Below, piece by piece: positions 60,908 to 64,000 of a DNA stretch of 64,000 nt. Position numbers and translations under genes: made by a program. The notes beneath the pieces are model-generated. The model had not been told where the DNA came from. It made no database searches and saw nothing but the letters and a program-made list of their open reading frames with translations. Source of the stretch: a bacterium (GTDB taxonomy: Bacteria > Zhuqueibacterota > Zhuqueibacteria > Zhuqueibacterales > Zhuqueibacteraceae); contig JBIOXB010000014.1 in NCBI GenBank assembly GCA_044869275.1, positions 27,264 through 91,263 on the forward strand, in the 5' to 3' direction. Position 1 is the stretch's first letter. Each line of letters starts with the position of its first letter.

Positions 60908-63634
60908 ATGTACCGTTACCTTTATTTAGTGCTTTTGTGTTTAGACGCCGCTATCGCACAGACCGGCGTTTCCTCGATTCGCGAGGATACGACGCTGGCC
61001 AATCAATATTTGGCTCGCGCCGAGAAGCTTTCCCAAACCGCAGAGCGCGATAGCGTTAATTTCTATTTGGAAAAAGCTTTGGCTAGCAGACGCCGGGTCT
61101 TCGGAGAAAATCATCTGGAAGTGGGCAGGGCTTATTTCAAAATGGGAAAGTACGGATTTGCCGGTGATCTTGACAAAAAACTTGAATATGTTTATAAAGC
61201 ATTGGCGATTCTGCTACCACTGCTTGGTGAAAACCATGTTGAGGTTGGTGCCTGCTATGGCAGGGCTGGAAGCCTGCAAAATGCCAAAGGCAATTTCGAC
61301 ACGGCCATAGAATTGATCTTGAAAGCATTGACAATTCGGCTTGAACAACTCGGCAAAGCTCATCCGGATGTTGGACACACCTACAATGAATTGGGGGCGG
61401 CATACGCCCGCAAGAAAGATTATAAGAATGCCATTGAAAACTTCGCGGTTGCCGGAGAGGTTTTTCGGCAAACTTTCGGCGAAGACAACCAGTTCGTGGC
61501 GAGAAGCTATGTCAATCTCTCGCTGGTTTACGGAACGAATAAACAAAATGAACAATACGACAAGGCCTTGGAATACGGCTTTAAAGCTTTGGACCTACTT
61601 AAACGATTATTTGGCGACAATGCAGTCGGGACTAGCTATCGCAACATCGGCTACTATTATATGGGTAAAGGGGATTACAATCAGGCCATTACTTATCTCC
61701 AAAACTCCATCAATGTATTTCGCCGGGCAGGGCAGGGAAGAACCATGGCCATTGCCAGTAGTTATCAAATTTTAGGGGATGTCTATTCTCGACTCAACGA
61801 AATTGAAAAAGCTTTGGATTTCTATCAAAAATCACTTATCGCCGTCGTTCCCGATTTTGCCGATAGCAACATTTATGTGAATCCGCCGCTGTCAAGCTTA
61901 AATGATGACGCCAATGTGCTTGAGCTTCTTTCCTCAAAGCCAAGGGCATTGATGCAACTCTATCGGACCACAACGCATGCGGCCCGAGACATGCAAATGG
62001 CATTGTCAACCTATGAACTGGCCGCGGGGTTGATTGATAAAATTCGCAGTAGTTATCGCGACGAAGAGGCCAGATTGCTTTTGGGTGAAAACTTTGCCAA
62101 AATTTATCATGAGGCCATTGCTGCGGCGCTGGAGGGTTATAAAGTAAAACCGGACGTCGTATATCAAACGCAAGCTTTCACTTTTGCTGAAAAAAACAAA
62201 GCCGCCGTATTAGCACAGTCGTTGCAGGAATCTCGCGCCCGTTCTTTTGCCGGTATTCCACCGGCACTGTTGGAAAAAGAAAAAAGCCTGCGGCGTGAGC
62301 TGGCCTTTGGTGAAACTACGCTGCAACAAATCAACCAGCGCGACGCCAAAACGCGTGAACTGGAAGATCGATATTTTGCCGTCAGGCGGGATTATGAAGC
62401 TCTTATAGATCAATTTGAAAAAGCATATCCCAAATACTTTGATTTGAAATATAGAACCCAAACCGTTGCGGTGGCGGAATTGCAAAAGGCGCTCGATCAT
62501 CAAACCGCCGTGATTGAATATTTTGTCGGCGATAGCACCATTTTTTCTTTTGTGGTGACGCAACGACAATTCAAGGTGACGGCGCAGCCGAAAGATTCCA
62601 CCTTCAGCAAAATCGTCGCCGAATTGGCAAGCTCGTTTAAGAATGTGACTTCGAAGCCGGCTTATTTGCGTGGCGCGACGCAATTGTATCACACTTTGAT
62701 TTCACCTCTTGAACCAGCTATTGCCGCCAAACCTAAATGGGTGATCATTCCCGATGGTGAATTGTACCAAGTTCCCTTTGAAGCGCTACTCAAAGCGCCG
62801 GCGATTCCGCAAGACGCCGCCGATTATCGCGAATTGAATTATCTTCTTCGACAGCATAGGATTTCTTACCATTTTTCCGCAACCCTGTTTTTGCAAAGCC
62901 AGCAACAAACGGCCGGTAACGCGACGAAAATCTTTGCCGGATTTGCGCCGGTTTTCGATACAGATGCGAAGAATGGCCATATTTACCGCAGTGATCTCGA
63001 AGACTCATCGGCGATTTCACTTATCCCCAAAGCGGATTCGACCTTTCTCGCCACTCGTGACGGTAAAACTTTGGATCCACTCCCGTATAGCGCCCAAGAA
63101 GTGCAAGATATCTTGGTGGCCTTCCCAGGCCGCAGCCGCGCGTTTATGAAACAAGAAGCTTCGGAGGAAAATTTCAAGCAGCAGATCAAAGGGTACAAAT
63201 ACGTCCACGTCGCTACGCATGGGCGCATTGTCCAGACAAATCCCAAACTCTCCAATCTTACTTTTTCGCAGCCACAAGCCCCAAATGCCAAGGAAGACGG
63301 CATCCTCTTTTCCAGCGAAACGTACAATCTGGATTTGAATGCGGATTTGTTGGTGTTGAGCGCCTGCCAAACAGGCACAGGAAAGTTGGTAAAAAGCGAG
63401 GGCTTAATGGCGCTCACCCGCGGTTTTTTCTATTCCGGCGCGCGCAATATCATCGCGTCGTTATGGAAAGTTTATGACCAGCACACAAGTTTGTTGATAG
63501 TGGAGATGTATCGGCAGATTGCCGCGGGCAAAAGTTACTCGGCAGCGCTGCGCGAAGCCAAATTGAAAATGCTCACGAACCCCGAAACTGCCGCGCCACA
63601 ATCGTGGGCCGGGTTTGTATTGATTGGAAAATAG
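60908..63634 (+). CDS. TPR-CHAT (caspase-like) protease 2, signal peptide
   Basis: Signal peptide (AIA-Q), TPRs, HVATHG and LSACQTG intact; paralogue of 57415-60474. Confidence 0.93.
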   Translation: MYRYLYLVLLCLDAAIAQTGVSSIREDTTLANQYLARAEKLSQTAERDSVNFYLEKALASRRRVFGENHLEVGRAYFKMGKYGFAGDLDKKLEYVYKALAILLPLLGENHVEVGACYGRAGSLQNAKGNFDTAIELILKALTIRLEQLGKAHPDVGHTYNELGAAYARKKDYKNAIENFAVAGEVFRQTFGEDNQFVARSYVNLSLVYGTNKQNEQYDKALEYGFKALDLLKRLFGDNAVGTSYRNIGYYYMGKGDYNQAITYLQNSINVFRRAGQGRTMAIASSYQILGDVYSRLNEIEKALDFYQKSLIAVVPDFADSNIYVNPPLSSLNDDANVLELLSSKPRALMQLYRTTTHAARDMQMALSTYELAAGLIDKIRSSYRDEEARLLLGENFAKIYHEAIAAALEGYKVKPDVVYQTQAFTFAEKNKAAVLAQSLQESRARSFAGIPPALLEKEKSLRRELAFGETTLQQINQRDAKTRELEDRYFAVRRDYEALIDQFEKAYPKYFDLKYRTQTVAVAELQKALDHQTAVIEYFVGDSTIFSFVVTQRQFKVTAQPKDSTFSKIVAELASSFKNVTSKPAYLRGATQLYHTLISPLEPAIAAKPKWVIIPDGELYQVPFEALLKAPAIPQDAADYRELNYLLRQHRISYHFSATLFLQSQQQTAGNATKIFAGFAPVFDTDAKNGHIYRSDLEDSSAISLIPKADSTFLATRDGKTLDPLPYSAQEVQDILVAFPGRSRAFMKQEASEENFKQQIKGYKYVHVATHGRIVQTNPKLSNLTFSQPQAPNAKEDGILFSSETYNLDLNADLLVLSACQTGTGKLVKSEGLMALTRGFFYSGARNIIASLWKVYDQHTSLLIVEMYRQIAAGKSYSAALREAKLKMLTNPETAAPQSWAGFVLIGK

Positions 63635-64000
63635 TGCTCCGCGCGTGAAAAACTGTCTTGCAGAAGATTCCTAATAAAGAGACCTGTCCTCGCCGCCGCT
63701 GTTCTTTCATAAAGCCCCGAATCCATTAATCTCCCCATGCTTCCTGCAAATAAGCCTCTTTCTTTTTGCCCTCTTTTGTTCAAAAAATCCCCTGAAAATC
63801 TTCAATATTTTTTGGGCTTGAACTATTAGTCATATAGCAACTGCTTGAATTCACCCCAACCGTGAAAGAGGTGACTATATGGCCGGAAATTATTTCGTTT
63901 TTCGGGAGCCCCGCTCGATAAGAGAGCTCAAATGCCTTTTGCGATTGCGGCACGATGTTTATCACGAGAGCCAATATGGCCGTTCTTCGCATTTTACCTT

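Noticed and set aside
63640..64000. Short ORFs at the right end
   Set aside because: No motifs or clear starts; treated as intergenic or truncated by the window edge.

Overview
A 64-kb bacterial chromosome segment, visually GC-rich except for a more AT-rich right end. PorV-family genes, a FlgD/T9SS-type C-terminal sorting domain and hrcA suggest an FCB-superphylum organism such as candidate division KSB1 (inference only). (1) 170-21000, minus strand: a predicted sigma54-driven surface locus. It encodes a small secreted Ig-like protein, a 4219-aa multi-Ig repeat protein with a T9SS-type CTD, a PorV-TPR fusion, and a membrane RsbW-kinase/HAMP/PP2C-phosphatase protein. That last protein also carries an IS481-transposase-like HTH block and C-terminal TPRs. 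A TPR gene lies upstream. (2) 21044-38967, minus strand: housekeeping genes (FmdB zinc ribbon, aminotransferase, pta, coaD, rsmD, PilN/O-like, PilM-like, comEA, dnaJ, grpE, hrcA, DUF309, ferredoxin, eno, pyk with an apparent CTG start, glycerate 2-kinase, GH57). (3) 39400-55759, mixed accessory region: outer-membrane proteins, a cyclophilin with an insertion, an amidase, a broken PorV paralogue, a DUF4384 gene with a sigma54 promoter, a RAYT with flanking repeats, sahR-ahcY with a clear SahR operator, a DUF4258/YgiT toxin-antitoxin pair, an FAD oxidoreductase and an aldehyde dehydrogenase. Several families of palindromic intergenic repeats and MITEs are also present. (4) 56062-63634: ECF sigma factor, membrane anti-sigma and two tandem, apparently exported TPR-CHAT (caspase-like) proteases with a decayed PIN gene between them. 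No rRNA, tRNA or CRISPR array was recognised. All family calls come from reading motifs by eye; no database search was run.
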